Of a DNA stretch of 64,000 nucleotides, positions 50,279 through 61,407 are shown in pieces. Position 1 is the first letter of the stretch. The number at the start of each line of letters is the position of its first letter. This DNA comes from Leptolyngbyaceae cyanobacterium (GTDB lineage: Bacteria > Cyanobacteriota > Cyanobacteriia > Phormidesmidales > Phormidesmidaceae): assembly GCA_965263355.1 (NCBI GenBank), contig CBDHHL010000056.1, positions 480,001-544,000 of the forward strand, given 5' to 3'. The translations under genes were made by a program, and so were the position numbers. The notes below the pieces were generated by a model. The model was given only the letters and a program-made list of their open reading frames with translations. It did not search any database and was not told where the DNA came from.

Positions 50279-51496
50279 CTATAAAAGTTGAAAAGTTGTT
50301 TGAGGTTGGTAGTTTGGAAATAGCTGAGATCGCAGATCTGCTCCGAGATCAAACTGTTGCCCCAAGAGCGATAGTAAGACATCTCGAATATCGGTAGTGA
50401 TGGCCAGATCACGCAACTGATCTTTATCAGAGGGCTCCAAACCAGGCCATTTACCATAAAGCCGTCGACCTCGAATACCACCACCCATCAACCATAGAGC
50501 ATTGCCATAGCCGTGGTCGGTGCCACCACTACCATTCTCAGCCACCGTGCGGCCAAATTCTGACATCACGACAATGACTGTATTCTCATAGACAGCTCCT
50601 AGACCTTGAACCAGGGTTGTTAGGCCAGCCCCTAGAGAACCCAAATGACGATTCAAAAGCCTAGTTTCATTCACATGAGTATCCCATCCACCCAATTCCA
50701 TAAAGGCTAATTGTGTTCTAGCATCTCCCGACATTAACTGCGCAAGATACTGAGCACTGGCCACAAACTTTGCAGGCGTAGGGGCTCCCTTTGAAGCTGT
50801 CTTCATTTCATCCGTCAACTCACGCAATAGACTATCACGCGCGATACGGCCCTCTTTATACACTGGTCCCAGCTGATCGTGATTCGCATAAAGGTCATCA
50901 AACGCTGCTTGGAGGCGAGGTTGATCAATCAATAATGGGCTAATGCCTCCATTCTTAACTGTCAGACTAGCAACAGATTCTGAGCCAGCAAAAATCAGGG
51001 GTAAGTTTTCCCCAATATTCACTGCCTGGGTAGAGGTACTGTTTGGCAGCAAGGCCAATAGTCGATTTAACCAACCTTTAGAGAGAGATGTTACGTCAAG
51101 AGTCCCCGTTTCCAGGTAATCTTGGGCTTGAAAATGAGATCGGGAGGTATCCCGTAATCCACAGGCCTGGACAAATGCTAGATGTCCCGCCTGCCACTCT
51201 GGCATTAATGGCGCTAGGGCTGGATGCAAACCAAATTCACCATCCAAGTCCAAAACCCCATCCGTCTCGCCCGGTTTAGCCAGGGCAATCGTCGGCCTCA
51301 ATTCATAGTAATCAGACTCTTGATAGGGCACGACAACATTAAGCCCATCAACAGCTCCCCTAAGGAAAATAACAATTAATCGAGGTGAGCTAACGGTCTG
51401 GGCGGCTCCTCGCCAAACCCATCCGTGGGTGCCCACTGAGATCAGTCCTGAGGCTCCCAACAGGGCTGTTCGCTGAAGAAAGTGACGTCGTTTCAT
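50279..51496 (-). CDS. DUF1501 family protein (Tat signal)
   Basis: MKRRHFL Tat motif, LRGAVDGL, RSHF, GGWDTH, SEFGRT, GTDHG. Confidence 0.92.
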   Translation of the reverse strand: MKRRHFLQRTALLGASGLISVGTHGWVWRGAAQTVSSPRLIVIFLRGAVDGLNVVVPYQESDYYELRPTIALAKPGETDGVLDLDGEFGLHPALAPLMPEWQAGHLAFVQACGLRDTSRSHFQAQDYLETGTLDVTSLSKGWLNRLLALLPNSTSTQAVNIGENLPLIFAGSESVASLTVKNGGISPLLIDQPRLQAAFDDLYANHDQLGPVYKEGRIARDSLLRELTDEMKTASKGAPTPAKFVASAQYLAQLMSGDARTQLAFMELGGWDTHVNETRLLNRHLGSLGAGLTTLVQGLGAVYENTVIVVMSEFGRTVAENGSGGTDHGYGNALWLMGGGIRGRRLYGKWPGLEPSDKDQLRDLAITTDIRDVLLSLLGQQFDLGADLRSQLFPNYQPQTTFQLL

Positions 51497-51506
51497 TGCG
51501 GTTGCC

Positions 51507-52895
51507 TCATCGGTACATCATGTCAGGACTGCCTAAAATTAAGGCATGGCGTAGGTGCACAGGCGCACTGTCGATAACAGTACGAGTTTTGGGAGACAAC
51601 TGAGCATCTAAAGCTTGCAATAAGACTGCAATATTCAGATTATCTTTTTTAGCGAGCTGCGCCGCGCCGATTGCAAAGCTGACACGACGTAGCATGGCAT
51701 CTGGACTCAGCCAAGTCGTTTTAACCTGGGAGTAACCATCCGGTGTTTGACAGCGGTAGAGCGGCATTCCCAATTGCTGCATCGCTCGCGTTAGCCGTCT
51801 TAATGTCTCCTGAGAAGGGGAAGTCATACCTGTGGCCCGAGCTAGGGAAATTAAATATTGGTAAGGTGTCTTAAACTTACGTTGGTAATAAGTTGAATCC
51901 CAAAAGTCGGGACTCTTAAACAGTGTTGATAAGACATTACGAATGTCACCATCCGTGGCTAAAAAACGATCTGCCAATCGTTTGACTAAATTATCGGGGG
52001 GAGTATCAGCGACAAAGTACTGAGCTAGTTTATACCCAATATGATGGGCTGTGGCTGGATGTCGAGCCAGGATATCCAGGGCGGTTTCAATCTCGTCCAT
52101 GCCTCCCCCGGCTATAGTCTGGCCAATCAGCACCTTATCGCTGGTATCGTGGCGCTTGGGAAAAAACTTAAAGCCACTTCCATCAGAACTATGCTTGCGG
52201 CGTTTTACCAACCCCCAACCGGTCAAAATCCGAGTCAGACTTTCTACGTCTGCTTGAGTGTATCCACTATTGACGCCAAGGGTATGTAGCTCCATAAGCT
52301 CGCGGGCATAGTTCTCATTCAGCCCTTGAGATAAGCGACTAGCATAGTCACTGTTAGGGTCTATGTTGCGCCAATTGTCCAAATAAAAGAGCATGGCTGG
52401 ATGTTTAGCCGTTGCCCCCAATAAATCCCGAAATTTACCCAGGGCATGGGGGCGAATTGCTGTCTGCTCATAGACTCCAGCCCACAGTTTGATTGGCCCC
52501 TTCCCCACAAACACATTAAAATGATTGAACCAAAAGTCCACCATGACCTCTTGCAGCTGGCGAGGGCTTGCAACAGCCCTGAGTAATCGGGCCTGTATCG
52601 CTTCTTGCAACACCTGCCTCTGACGCTGCCTCAAAGATTTTCGTTCTGTCTCGGGCAGGGATGAGTTATTCAGAGGCACTGCGTATTGCTCAAACAGCTC
52701 AACCGGGGATAGTTTGAGGGTAGATAGCTGTCGTAATCTTTTGGCCAGAAAAGCCGGTTCAGACAAGCCAGTGGGGTTTAGCTGAGCTTGAATATAAGCA
52801 TCGACGCTATTACGTTCAAACTGCTGGCGATCATCAGGACGAGTTCCCAGGCTCAAACGATTTAGAACGTGAGTAATGCGTTGTACCGAATTCAC
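51507..52895 (-). CDS. DUF1800 family protein
   Basis: DFWFNHFNV, PAMLFYLDN, NENYARELMELHTLG, ILTGW. Confidence 0.93.
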   Translation of the reverse strand: MNSVQRITHVLNRLSLGTRPDDRQQFERNSVDAYIQAQLNPTGLSEPAFLAKRLRQLSTLKLSPVELFEQYAVPLNNSSLPETERKSLRQRQRQVLQEAIQARLLRAVASPRQLQEVMVDFWFNHFNVFVGKGPIKLWAGVYEQTAIRPHALGKFRDLLGATAKHPAMLFYLDNWRNIDPNSDYASRLSQGLNENYARELMELHTLGVNSGYTQADVESLTRILTGWGLVKRRKHSSDGSGFKFFPKRHDTSDKVLIGQTIAGGGMDEIETALDILARHPATAHHIGYKLAQYFVADTPPDNLVKRLADRFLATDGDIRNVLSTLFKSPDFWDSTYYQRKFKTPYQYLISLARATGMTSPSQETLRRLTRAMQQLGMPLYRCQTPDGYSQVKTTWLSPDAMLRRVSFAIGAAQLAKKDNLNIAVLLQALDAQLSPKTRTVIDSAPVHLRHALILGSPDMMYR

Positions 52896-53114
52896 AATCC
52901 TGTACCAAAGCCCTCTTATACAGTCAAGTCTAATATGCCCACCTGATTCTAGCGTCTCAATTTATTCTACGCCCCTGCTCCGTATTCGAGATCGCATGCT
53001 TCACTTCAAAGGTTTAACTAGTCTTAGAGCTACATTAACCTGGACGATCTAATTATTAGAAGGGATTCATAAAATCAAAATACCATTATTTCTTTCTAAA
53101 AAGAAAAGATTAGT

Positions 53115-54133
53115 ATGTTGCGATCGACGCTGCAAGGCTACTACCAACAACGCTTCTGCTCACCCTCGCCATCTTTCCCAGTGCAGCCAAAGCGGCTGAT
53201 CAGCTTATCGGTATAGACAATAACCGATACTTTATCGATGTTCCTGAAGGAGAAATCAACACCTTCTTTGACTGGACAGCCGATTTCCCCGAACTTATTG
53301 CAGCCCATCGTGGCGGTGGATTTCTCCCTGGTTTTCCTGAAAACGTGATTGAAACCATGGACAATAGCCTGCGCTTTGGGCCAACCATCATGGAAATCGA
53401 CATTCAGCGCTCTTTGGATGGTGTTCTACTGTTGATGCATGATGACACCTTAGATCGCACCACTACCGGCAGTGGCCTGGTAGCTGAGACTGATTGGGCG
53501 ACCATTCAAACCCTCAATGCCGTTGATAACTTTGGTAAAACCACATCCTTTGGTATCCCTTCACTAAAAGAGACTCTGGAATGGGGCAATGATCGAGCAC
53601 TATTTGCGCTAGATCTAAAAGCAGATGATTTTGTCGACGAAGTCATTGGTCTAGTAACTGATCTGGAGGCAGAAGACGATGTTTTCTTCTTTGCTGACAG
53701 TGTTGATCAAATGTTAGCGGTTTATAACCTGAATCCTGACATTCACTTTGCCCTGTTTATGACCCCCGATACCCGAGAAGATTTGGTCACAGCCGTTGAC
53801 GAATCTCCCATTCCCCTAGAAAGTCTCACTGCATTTACAGTGGCCCCAACTACTGACCCCGCTTACAATCAGGCCCTTCATGACCAGGGTATCACCAGCA
53901 TCTTTGGTGCCTTTATTCCTGAATTCGGGTTGTCTCAGGAAGATGCAATTTCACTATACCAAGACCTGACTAGTCAGGGTGTGGATTCCATTTCCACCAA
54001 CCGAGTCCCTGATCTAGGAGCAGCGTTAGGGTATGAGCCCCAACCTGTCCCTGAACCTGGTGCAACAACTGCTATTTTGTTAGCACCGTTTGTGTTAGCC
54101 TGGGCAAAGCGTCTCCGTCGTAACTCCCACTGA
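53115..54133 (+). pseudogene. PEP-CTERM glycerophosphodiester phosphodiesterase, frameshifted near the start (or sequencing error)
   Basis: Signal peptide and IAAHRGG..PEN lie in frame upstream of the ORF-track start (53345), but ATG 53115 is out of frame; EIDI..DG..LMHD and VPEP tail present. Confidence 0.8.
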
Positions 54134-54167
54134 TACTGCTTTCAGGTATTAATCTATCGCGTGCGGC

Positions 54168-54201
54168 AAAAGCTCAGTTATGGCCATAACTGAGCTTTTT
54201 T
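54168..54201 (+). terminator. rho-independent terminator
   Basis: aaaagctcagttatggccataactgagctttttt. Confidence 0.85.
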
Positions 54202-54521
54202 GTATCCATAGAACAATTAACCAGTAAAACGTAACAAAAGAAAAAATCGTTTTTGATAGTGATAAAAAAGACTTTATGAAAGTTATCGCTAACAAATTAC
54301 TTGAAAAGGGTGTACGTCTGACCGATAAATAAATGTTCTTATTATCACATTAATCTTATTTAATGATTTGAAAACCTTTTGTTGGCCAGGGGTTGACCTA
54401 TTGTTTTCTTGGGGGAATTTCTACAGTCCAAAGAGGTGGATAATGATTGTTACTTTCAGTCTTTTTAAGAGGAAAATAAGGTCTCTATCCTAGTAGGTTT
54501 TGCATGATTTAGAGGTGAAAA

Positions 54522-55775
54522 ATGGTTCGCGTAAAAGGGTTCGCGTCGTTTCTTGCTGATTCCTTTGCAGAGGGGGCAGCGATTTCCACTCCCAACATTC
54601 CCACCTTCAATACATTAAATGGACAAGCTCCCATTATTATCGGCCACCGGGGTGCCTGCGGTCTTTGTCCCGAGCACACATTAAATGGTTTCCATCTAGC
54701 CTTAGAGCAAGGGGCTGACTTTATTGAGACCGACTATGTTATGACCAAGGATGGTGTACCCATTGTGCGCCATGATCCCCTGCTCAATAATACAACCGAT
54801 ATTCTGGATCATCCTGAGTTTGCCGATCGTAAAATGACAAAGGTGATTGATGGTGTTAAAGCTACAGGATTCTTTGCAGAAGATTTTACGCTGGAAGAAA
54901 TCAAAACGCTCAAGGCGAGACAGCCACGTCCCGAACGTAGCGATGCCTTTGATGATATCTTCGAAATTCCTACCATGGCTGAAGTGATTCAGCTGGTCAA
55001 AGACTTTGAAGCAGAAACAGGGAAGAAAGCAGGTATTGTCCATGAGCTTAAGCACAATGCTTATTTTGATAGCATTGGCTTGAATTTGGAAGAAGCCACT
55101 GTGCGGGTAATGGTGGAAGAAGACTTTACTGATCCTGAGCAGAATATTATCCAAACGTTCCAAATTGCACCGCTAATTGCCCTGGATAAAGAGATCATGC
55201 CTGCGGCGGGCATTGATGTGCCTCTGCATCAACTGACAGGTGCTGCTGCAAAGAACGTTAGCCCCGATTTTTCGTTTCCCTACGATGTGGTGACGAACTT
55301 TAGCAATCCTGACTTTACCGAGGAAGATGCTCGGACGGTTTATGGTTACTTGGTGGATATCGTTGACCTGAATGCGGAGACTGGCTACGGTGATTTGTTG
55401 GCCCTGTCTGAATTCTATGAATTTATGGCCACCTACGCCGAAGCGGTCAACCCCTGGAAAAATACGATTCTGTTGCGGGAGGGCTTGGCGGAACCCGTTG
55501 ACGGTGATGGTAATGGGGTGGCCGAAATTCGCAGCCAACTAACAGGCGAGGTGTTCCCGCTGATCGACCTGGCCCACGATGCTGGGTTATTGGTGAATGT
55601 ATACACCCTGCGGGATGAGGAGCGTTATCTAACTCTAAACCCTGATGGTTCAGTGCAAACGCCCGCCCAAGAAGCGGCTGATTTGATCAAACTGGGGGCA
55701 GATGGTTTGATTGGGGATCACCCCCTGACCATCTCTCAGGTGCGGGACCAGATCGTGGCAGATGGGATGCGCTAA
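54522..55775 (+). CDS. glycerophosphodiester phosphodiesterase (GlpQ-like)
   Basis: IIGHRGA..PEHTL, GADFIETD, TKDGV..RHD, DFTLEEIKTL, YTLRDE. Confidence 0.93.
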   Translation: MVRVKGFASFLADSFAEGAAISTPNIPTFNTLNGQAPIIIGHRGACGLCPEHTLNGFHLALEQGADFIETDYVMTKDGVPIVRHDPLLNNTTDILDHPEFADRKMTKVIDGVKATGFFAEDFTLEEIKTLKARQPRPERSDAFDDIFEIPTMAEVIQLVKDFEAETGKKAGIVHELKHNAYFDSIGLNLEEATVRVMVEEDFTDPEQNIIQTFQIAPLIALDKEIMPAAGIDVPLHQLTGAAAKNVSPDFSFPYDVVTNFSNPDFTEEDARTVYGYLVDIVDLNAETGYGDLLALSEFYEFMATYAEAVNPWKNTILLREGLAEPVDGDGNGVAEIRSQLTGEVFPLIDLAHDAGLLVNVYTLRDEERYLTLNPDGSVQTPAQEAADLIKLGADGLIGDHPLTISQVRDQIVADGMR

Positions 55776-55890
55776 TAAAACTTCGTGATTATTCAGAATT
55801 GCTTTGTAGATTCAGATGGTGGAGGTTTGGCAAATAGTGTTATTAGAGTGCGTTCGTAAACTAATATTAAGCAACCTGAGGAGTCTTTAA

Positions 55891-56034
55891 GGCACTGGGC
55901 TGGGGCTTTCCATCAGTTATTCAATCATCGTCAAGCGCCACTGCGGCACCCTAGAGTGCCATTCGACACCGAATGAGGGCACTGAGTTCGTAGTCTCCAT
56001 ACCTATCACAACGAAGTCCAGAATGCCGTCTTGA
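55891..56034 (+). pseudogene. histidine kinase C-terminal remnant
   Basis: GTGLGLSISYSIIVKRHCGTLECHSTPNEGTEFVVSIP...*, preceded by an in-frame stop. Confidence 0.85.
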
Positions 56035-56117
56035 TGAGGCGATAGGCATGGGATAGGTGCCTGTATACCCATTTACGTGAAGAGTGGAGTTATCCCCACT
56101 TTAGAGGACAATACAGG

Positions 56118-58145
56118 TCATACCATGCCCTGCAAAATCTCTAATTCCTGCTGAATGCTACCTTCCAACGACTTTAATCGTTCCACCGTTTGCTCACGAT
56201 TAATCTCATTCTGTTGTTTCTTTTCCACCAGACTGCTCAACTCTAATCGCCGTGCTGCAATATCGCTACTAATCCGCTCAATTGCCCGTTCTTCATAGGT
56301 GCCAAAACAATCTGTCACCGCCTTGTAAATTGGCTGCCACTGATCTGTTGCAATCTGGGGTAAGTATTTAACAAACTCTTCGCGCATTGCCCTGAGAAAC
56401 TCTTGGCGCACAAACTCTGCCTGTACGACTACAATGCCACCACCAGCGGCTATCACACCAACAATATTTAAGAACAAACTACTAAATAACAAACCTGAAA
56501 TTTGTTGTATGATCCAAACACAAACACAGGTTAATGTTCCTTGAAATAGGGATTGCCAAAAGTCGTTAAAGGGTTGAACTGCCTCATTCAGGGTGTAGGG
56601 AATCTCGTCAAAGATATCATGAATATTATCGCTCCATGGACGAGCCTCTTCGGCAATATCTGTATCAGGAGCGTAAAACTTACGACCCATCATTTTCTCG
56701 TGGATTACCTCGATCACCTCACTATAGGCCACCTGATAATCTGCAGCACTCTCGTTGAGTTCATCAAATACCTGACCAATTTTCTGTTTGACGGTAAACT
56801 CCCAAGCGGCTAGACGGTCATTTATATAACGTTCAAAGGCACGTTTGAATTCCTTGTAAAAGTTATCTCGTTCGTCTTCATCTAAAAAGTCGAGAAAGTC
56901 GAGATCGGGCTGAGATGCAACAAAATCGGATTCAAAGGTTTCTTCTAGATTGAGGATGTAGGTTTTGAAGGAATCGGCGATGGCTTTGGCGGTGCGATCG
57001 CACCGCCCCCGGATCAGCTGTTGGTAGTTATCCCGAATTTTCTCTAGTTTGCTAAATTCATCTTCTAACGAAGCTACCCGCTGCTGCAACTCACTCAGAT
57101 CTTCATCGAGTAACGGAATCCGCCGAGCCACCGATGCCTGCACTGTGCTGTAAGCCCGATGGGCCAGCTTAGCCGCCCGTCGTATTTCTACTTGACCCCG
57201 ACGTTGGGTCAAAAAAGATTCCAGGGCAGTCAAAAACGTATCTACTCCGCTACCGACCATAGAGTTACCCTGACGTCGCTGACGTAGGGCATTTAGAGCT
57301 GATACCTCAAACCAGCTGGCATCCTCTGGTAAGTTTTGGGCAAATACCTGCCGCTGCCGTTGCTCTGCTTCAGCCAACGCCACTGAGTCATGCTGGTTAA
57401 CCAGACCAAGTTTAATTCGGTCCCAGCCATTGACTACATAGAAACACTCTAGGTCACGGCTGTGTACATAATTTCTCAAATAGCGATGCTCATCCAATGT
57501 AATCGGCTGTAGTGCATCCAACACAAAGACCACCGCTTGGGCCTCGTTCAAGTAACTAAGGACTTGCTGATTGCGAGCTTCAGTATCGTTAAGGCCAGGA
57601 GTATCAACGATTTCTAAACCTGATTCGAGTAGCGGAACTGGACATTCAATCACCACATGGCTAATGTCGGAAAACGTATTGGCCGCCAACTTGCGGGCTT
57701 CATTGGCGGCAATGGTGTAATTGACACGGAAGGTGTCAAAGTCAACAATCTGAGGGGGCTTACCATCGTTGTAGTGCAGCGTGGCCCGTTGCTCTGGACC
57801 GTAGCGTAGCAGGCTCAGCAAGGCCGTACAGGGGGTTACATCGCTAGGTAGCAGTGCCTCACCTACCAGGGCATTGATTAGGGTACTTTTGCCACGCTTC
57901 ATTTCTCCCAGCACAACGATGCGATATTTACCCTGCTGTAGCTGCTCTGCCGTGCTCTTGAGGGTACGAATATGGCGAGTTAACCCCAGCCTACCGGATT
58001 TTTCGGTGGTTTCGGCTCGGTCCATAGCAGTCGCAATTTGGCTTAACACCTGAGCAGCTTGCTGGCGGTTATGGGTTAATACATCAAGGCTGGTTGCCAT
58101 GGATGGATGAGTATTAGAACCATTGGCTGCTGAGGGTATGACCAT
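56118..58145 (-). CDS. bacterial dynamin-like GTPase
   Basis: GEMKRGKST, LPSDVTPCTA, DTPGLND, VNGWD; helical stalk with a hydrophobic paddle. Confidence 0.92.
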   Translation of the reverse strand: MVIPSAANGSNTHPSMATSLDVLTHNRQQAAQVLSQIATAMDRAETTEKSGRLGLTRHIRTLKSTAEQLQQGKYRIVVLGEMKRGKSTLINALVGEALLPSDVTPCTALLSLLRYGPEQRATLHYNDGKPPQIVDFDTFRVNYTIAANEARKLAANTFSDISHVVIECPVPLLESGLEIVDTPGLNDTEARNQQVLSYLNEAQAVVFVLDALQPITLDEHRYLRNYVHSRDLECFYVVNGWDRIKLGLVNQHDSVALAEAEQRQRQVFAQNLPEDASWFEVSALNALRQRRQGNSMVGSGVDTFLTALESFLTQRRGQVEIRRAAKLAHRAYSTVQASVARRIPLLDEDLSELQQRVASLEDEFSKLEKIRDNYQQLIRGRCDRTAKAIADSFKTYILNLEETFESDFVASQPDLDFLDFLDEDERDNFYKEFKRAFERYINDRLAAWEFTVKQKIGQVFDELNESAADYQVAYSEVIEVIHEKMMGRKFYAPDTDIAEEARPWSDNIHDIFDEIPYTLNEAVQPFNDFWQSLFQGTLTCVCVWIIQQISGLLFSSLFLNIVGVIAAGGGIVVVQAEFVRQEFLRAMREEFVKYLPQIATDQWQPIYKAVTDCFGTYEERAIERISSDIAARRLELSSLVEKKQQNEINREQTVERLKSLEGSIQQELEILQGMV

Positions 58146-58185
58146 AAGAACGTACTAGAACTAAACCGAGAGTGGAAACTATTGA

Positions 58186-58294
58186 CCAATGCAGCGTCAA
58201 TTCTAAGAATTTGGGCTAACATTTCCTGAAAAGCTTGATTTGCAGGGCTTCTAGAAAGTGCCTACCCCAAAATTTAATCTTGACGGACCACGAG
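58186..58294. mobile_element. MITE-like element (family B)
   Basis: cgtcaattctaagaatttggg ... ccccaaaatttaatcttgacggaccacgag imperfect TIRs. Confidence 0.6.
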
Positions 58295-58368
58295 TATTTT
58301 TCGACTATAAGCTATAGTCTAGTGTGCCTCAAATCCTTAAATCTGTGTTTTTGGATGTAGTTTAGAAA

Positions 58369-58420
58369 GGTATCAACTTTAGCCGGGTAATCTTGGCTAG
58401 GTTAGATGTCGGAAGTCATA
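58369..58420. mobile_element. partial MITE (family A, one end only)
   Basis: ggtatcaactttagccgggtaat followed by cggaagtca as in 5908-6066; no second TIR found. Confidence 0.55.
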
Positions 58421-58590
58421 AGGGTAACGCCTTGGACTGAATCGTCAGAAATTTCGGATGGGATGGCGAGTAGTGAGTAATCAGTAGTGAGTCATTGAGT
58501 TAAGTGAATTGTAGATTACGCCTCATCTGACTAAATGACTACAATAAGGACATCTCTTGCACTAATATCCTTTGCGTCCCACTTGTTTGG

Positions 58591-59919
58591 TTGTCTATGG
58601 CCATTCCTGACGACTATTACGCCCGGTTACAGGTATCGCCAGATGCCACTCAAGCAGACATTAAAGCGGCGTTTCGAAGGCTGGCTCGACGCTATCATCC
58701 TGACTTAAATCCCAATGATCCTAGAGCCCTTGAAAAGTTTCGGGCCCTGCACGAGGCCTACGAAGTGCTCATCGATCAGGTACGACGACAGCGCTATGAC
58801 TGCACGGGCACGACTGAGTACGACGGGACTCGACCTCGAACCGCCCCAGATTTTTATCTACGTGGCATTCAGCAAACCTTGGCGCGACGTTACAAAATAG
58901 CACTGGCAGATTTTGATCGGGCGATTGAACTCCAACCCAATTTGGCTGAAGCCTATTTGCGTCGGGCTCAAGTACGCTACATCTTAGAGGATGATGCTGG
59001 GGTGTTGGCGGACTGTCAGCAGCTGTTGCAGTTTACAAAGCAATTGCCTCAGACCTACTACTATCTGGGGTTAGCTCGCTATCGTCTAGGGTATACCGAG
59101 AGTGCGATCGCAGCCTTCACTGAGGCCATTGATCAAGAACCAGACGATCCCCAGGCGTATTTTCAGCGGGCTGTGGCCTATGAAGATATCCAGGAATGGG
59201 ATGAGGCTACCACTGATTTCCAAACCGCATCAATGCACTACCAGTCGCAAGGTGATCTAGAAGGCTATCATCGCAGTTGCGATCGCATCCACAACCTGCG
59301 CAAACAAAAACGGTTTAAGCTCAGCCAACCCACCCGCAGAATAGCAATCAAACGCTGGGGATTAGTAGGTCAATTTAATCGTCTACTATTTGGATTACTG
59401 GGCAACCCTGCAGAGGAGGTGCCTGAAATTTACAGCCATCTCAATCAACGTCAGGCTCTTCAGGTGGGTTGTTTACTCGCTACATTGGGGTTAGGCGGCT
59501 TTACCCTAGGAGGGTATGTTGTTGCTCTACAATCTTCCCCCCCATTAGATGTCAGCCAAAGCATTGCCCTCAGTGGCCTATGGATATCAGGATGTGCCAC
59601 ATTTTTAAGTCTGACAATTATGTTAGCTATTTCACGCCTCTGGCTACGATGTCACAGTAGCTGGGCTAGTGATACGTTTATTGCCGGAGCTACGGTTCTT
59701 CCTATGGGTATGCTTGTGCTGGTTACCCCTGTTGTCATCAATGTTCTATGGCTCTGGCTATTCTTGCTATGTATCGGTTTACACCATACTTGCCTCACCC
59801 TATACAGTGGCTGCCATCATATTCATCACTATTCCAAAGTTGTTACAACTTGGTTATCTCCTAGTTTGCTATTTATTTGCTTAAGTGTTGGCTATGTAGT
59901 GTGGAATACCTGGATATAA
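58591..59919 (+). CDS. DnaJ-domain, TPR and multi-TM protein
   Basis: J-domain with YHPDLNP, TPR repeats and several C-terminal TM helices. Confidence 0.9.
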   Translation: MSMAIPDDYYARLQVSPDATQADIKAAFRRLARRYHPDLNPNDPRALEKFRALHEAYEVLIDQVRRQRYDCTGTTEYDGTRPRTAPDFYLRGIQQTLARRYKIALADFDRAIELQPNLAEAYLRRAQVRYILEDDAGVLADCQQLLQFTKQLPQTYYYLGLARYRLGYTESAIAAFTEAIDQEPDDPQAYFQRAVAYEDIQEWDEATTDFQTASMHYQSQGDLEGYHRSCDRIHNLRKQKRFKLSQPTRRIAIKRWGLVGQFNRLLFGLLGNPAEEVPEIYSHLNQRQALQVGCLLATLGLGGFTLGGYVVALQSSPPLDVSQSIALSGLWISGCATFLSLTIMLAISRLWLRCHSSWASDTFIAGATVLPMGMLVLVTPVVINVLWLWLFLLCIGLHHTCLTLYSGCHHIHHYSKVVTTWLSPSLLFICLSVGYVVWNTWI

Positions 59920-60439
59920 CCCAAGGGCGTGCCAAACAGTATTCAACTATCAAAACGGTATTCAGACTAGTTTAAGCAAGATCTAGAAGAAATTAGACAA
60001 TGTCCTCATGTAGATAAAATTTTTTAATTTGTTACACCCAGTCTTCATGAGGGAGTATATTGACTAAAGCATAATTTAGCTAAATAATAGTTGTAGCTTA
60101 ATTATATATACTGAAGACTTCCAGGGTACGTCGATAGGACAGTGGAATGTTTGTTCCGCGAATTGAGAAGTATTTATAAACGTAAAAACACACAGAAAAT
60201 TATCTTACTGGGAAACACCAAATTTATCTACACATTCAGGTCCTGCTTCAATCTTTTTCATAGGAAAAAATCAAGTGCCCGTATGTGTAGAAACTTTTAG
60301 TGGTAGCGTTTTGGGCTTGGGTTAAGACGTCACTTTAATTTAGGATTGGGCAATGGCAAATTGGCTCTAATGTTATTAACAGTATCCAATTATTTGGAAT
60401 CATTTGAGGCCAGACACTTATAAAATATGCGTCCTTTAT

Positions 60440-61378
60440 ATGACAAAGAAAATTCTATTGGTTGATAACGATGAGCCTACGTGCAAGATGCTACAACAAC
60501 ATCTTGCACCGTACGGATATGAGGTGGTGGTGGCCCAGGATGGAGGAGATGAGGGAATTTTAATGGCGGTGACAGAGTCGCCTGATGTGCTCTTAATAGC
60601 AACAGATTTGCCAGTAATTGATGGTTGGCAAACCATTAAAATTCTCAAATCCTCTACTGTCACTCAAAAAATACCTGTGATCGCACTAATAGCGCTGACT
60701 ACAGACTCAGAATGGAGCAGAATATCAGAGTCTGGCTGCGATGATTACGAACTGAAACCAATTGATTTGAACAGCGTCTTAAATAAAATCAAAGCTCTCC
60801 TAAATTCCGCAGGCATCCCTGCCATTCCAGCTACTCCCCTTGATTCAGGCAGTTCACCATGTCAGGATTATCAATCAAAACCTCTAAAAGCAAGGGACTC
60901 TCAAATATCTCAAAGTTTAGCCACAGTAGCTAATACGGCTAGCCAGGTAACATCTGATAATACGATGGTGGTTTATATTGATGATAGCCCAATCGATAGC
61001 CAAGCCATGGCAGATATTGTCAGGGGCGCAGGCTATTGCTACAACAACATTACCGAACCGCTAGAAGCTATTCCTCTACTTTTGGAGCTTAAACCTAAGC
61101 TAATTTTTCTGGATCTGGTCATGCCATTTACCAATGGTTATGAAATCTGTGCTCAGATTCGACGCACATCTACCTTTCGAAAAACCCCTATTATTATTGT
61201 TACCAACAACGATGGTATTGTTGATCGAATCCGAGCCAAAATCGTTGGTGCATCTGGACTCTTTAGTAAACCCGTCAAGGAACAACAAGTCTTCAAAGTA
61301 CTCAATAAATACTTAAACTCTGACCATAGAGAAAAGTCTAAGGGCATTGCTCAAGGTAGGCTTTTACCCTTTTTCTAA
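60440..61378 (+). CDS. response regulator with two receiver domains
   Basis: REC1 ILLVDND..PDVLLIATDLP (atypical); REC2 YIDDS..IFLDLVMP..KP; probable start at ATG 60440. Confidence 0.88.
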   Translation: MTKKILLVDNDEPTCKMLQQHLAPYGYEVVVAQDGGDEGILMAVTESPDVLLIATDLPVIDGWQTIKILKSSTVTQKIPVIALIALTTDSEWSRISESGCDDYELKPIDLNSVLNKIKALLNSAGIPAIPATPLDSGSSPCQDYQSKPLKARDSQISQSLATVANTASQVTSDNTMVVYIDDSPIDSQAMADIVRGAGYCYNNITEPLEAIPLLLELKPKLIFLDLVMPFTNGYEICAQIRRTSTFRKTPIIIVTNNDGIVDRIRAKIVGASGLFSKPVKEQQVFKVLNKYLNSDHREKSKGIAQGRLLPFF

Positions 61379-61407
61379 CAGAGCATTAGGACTTCATGTT
61401 GCCCGAT

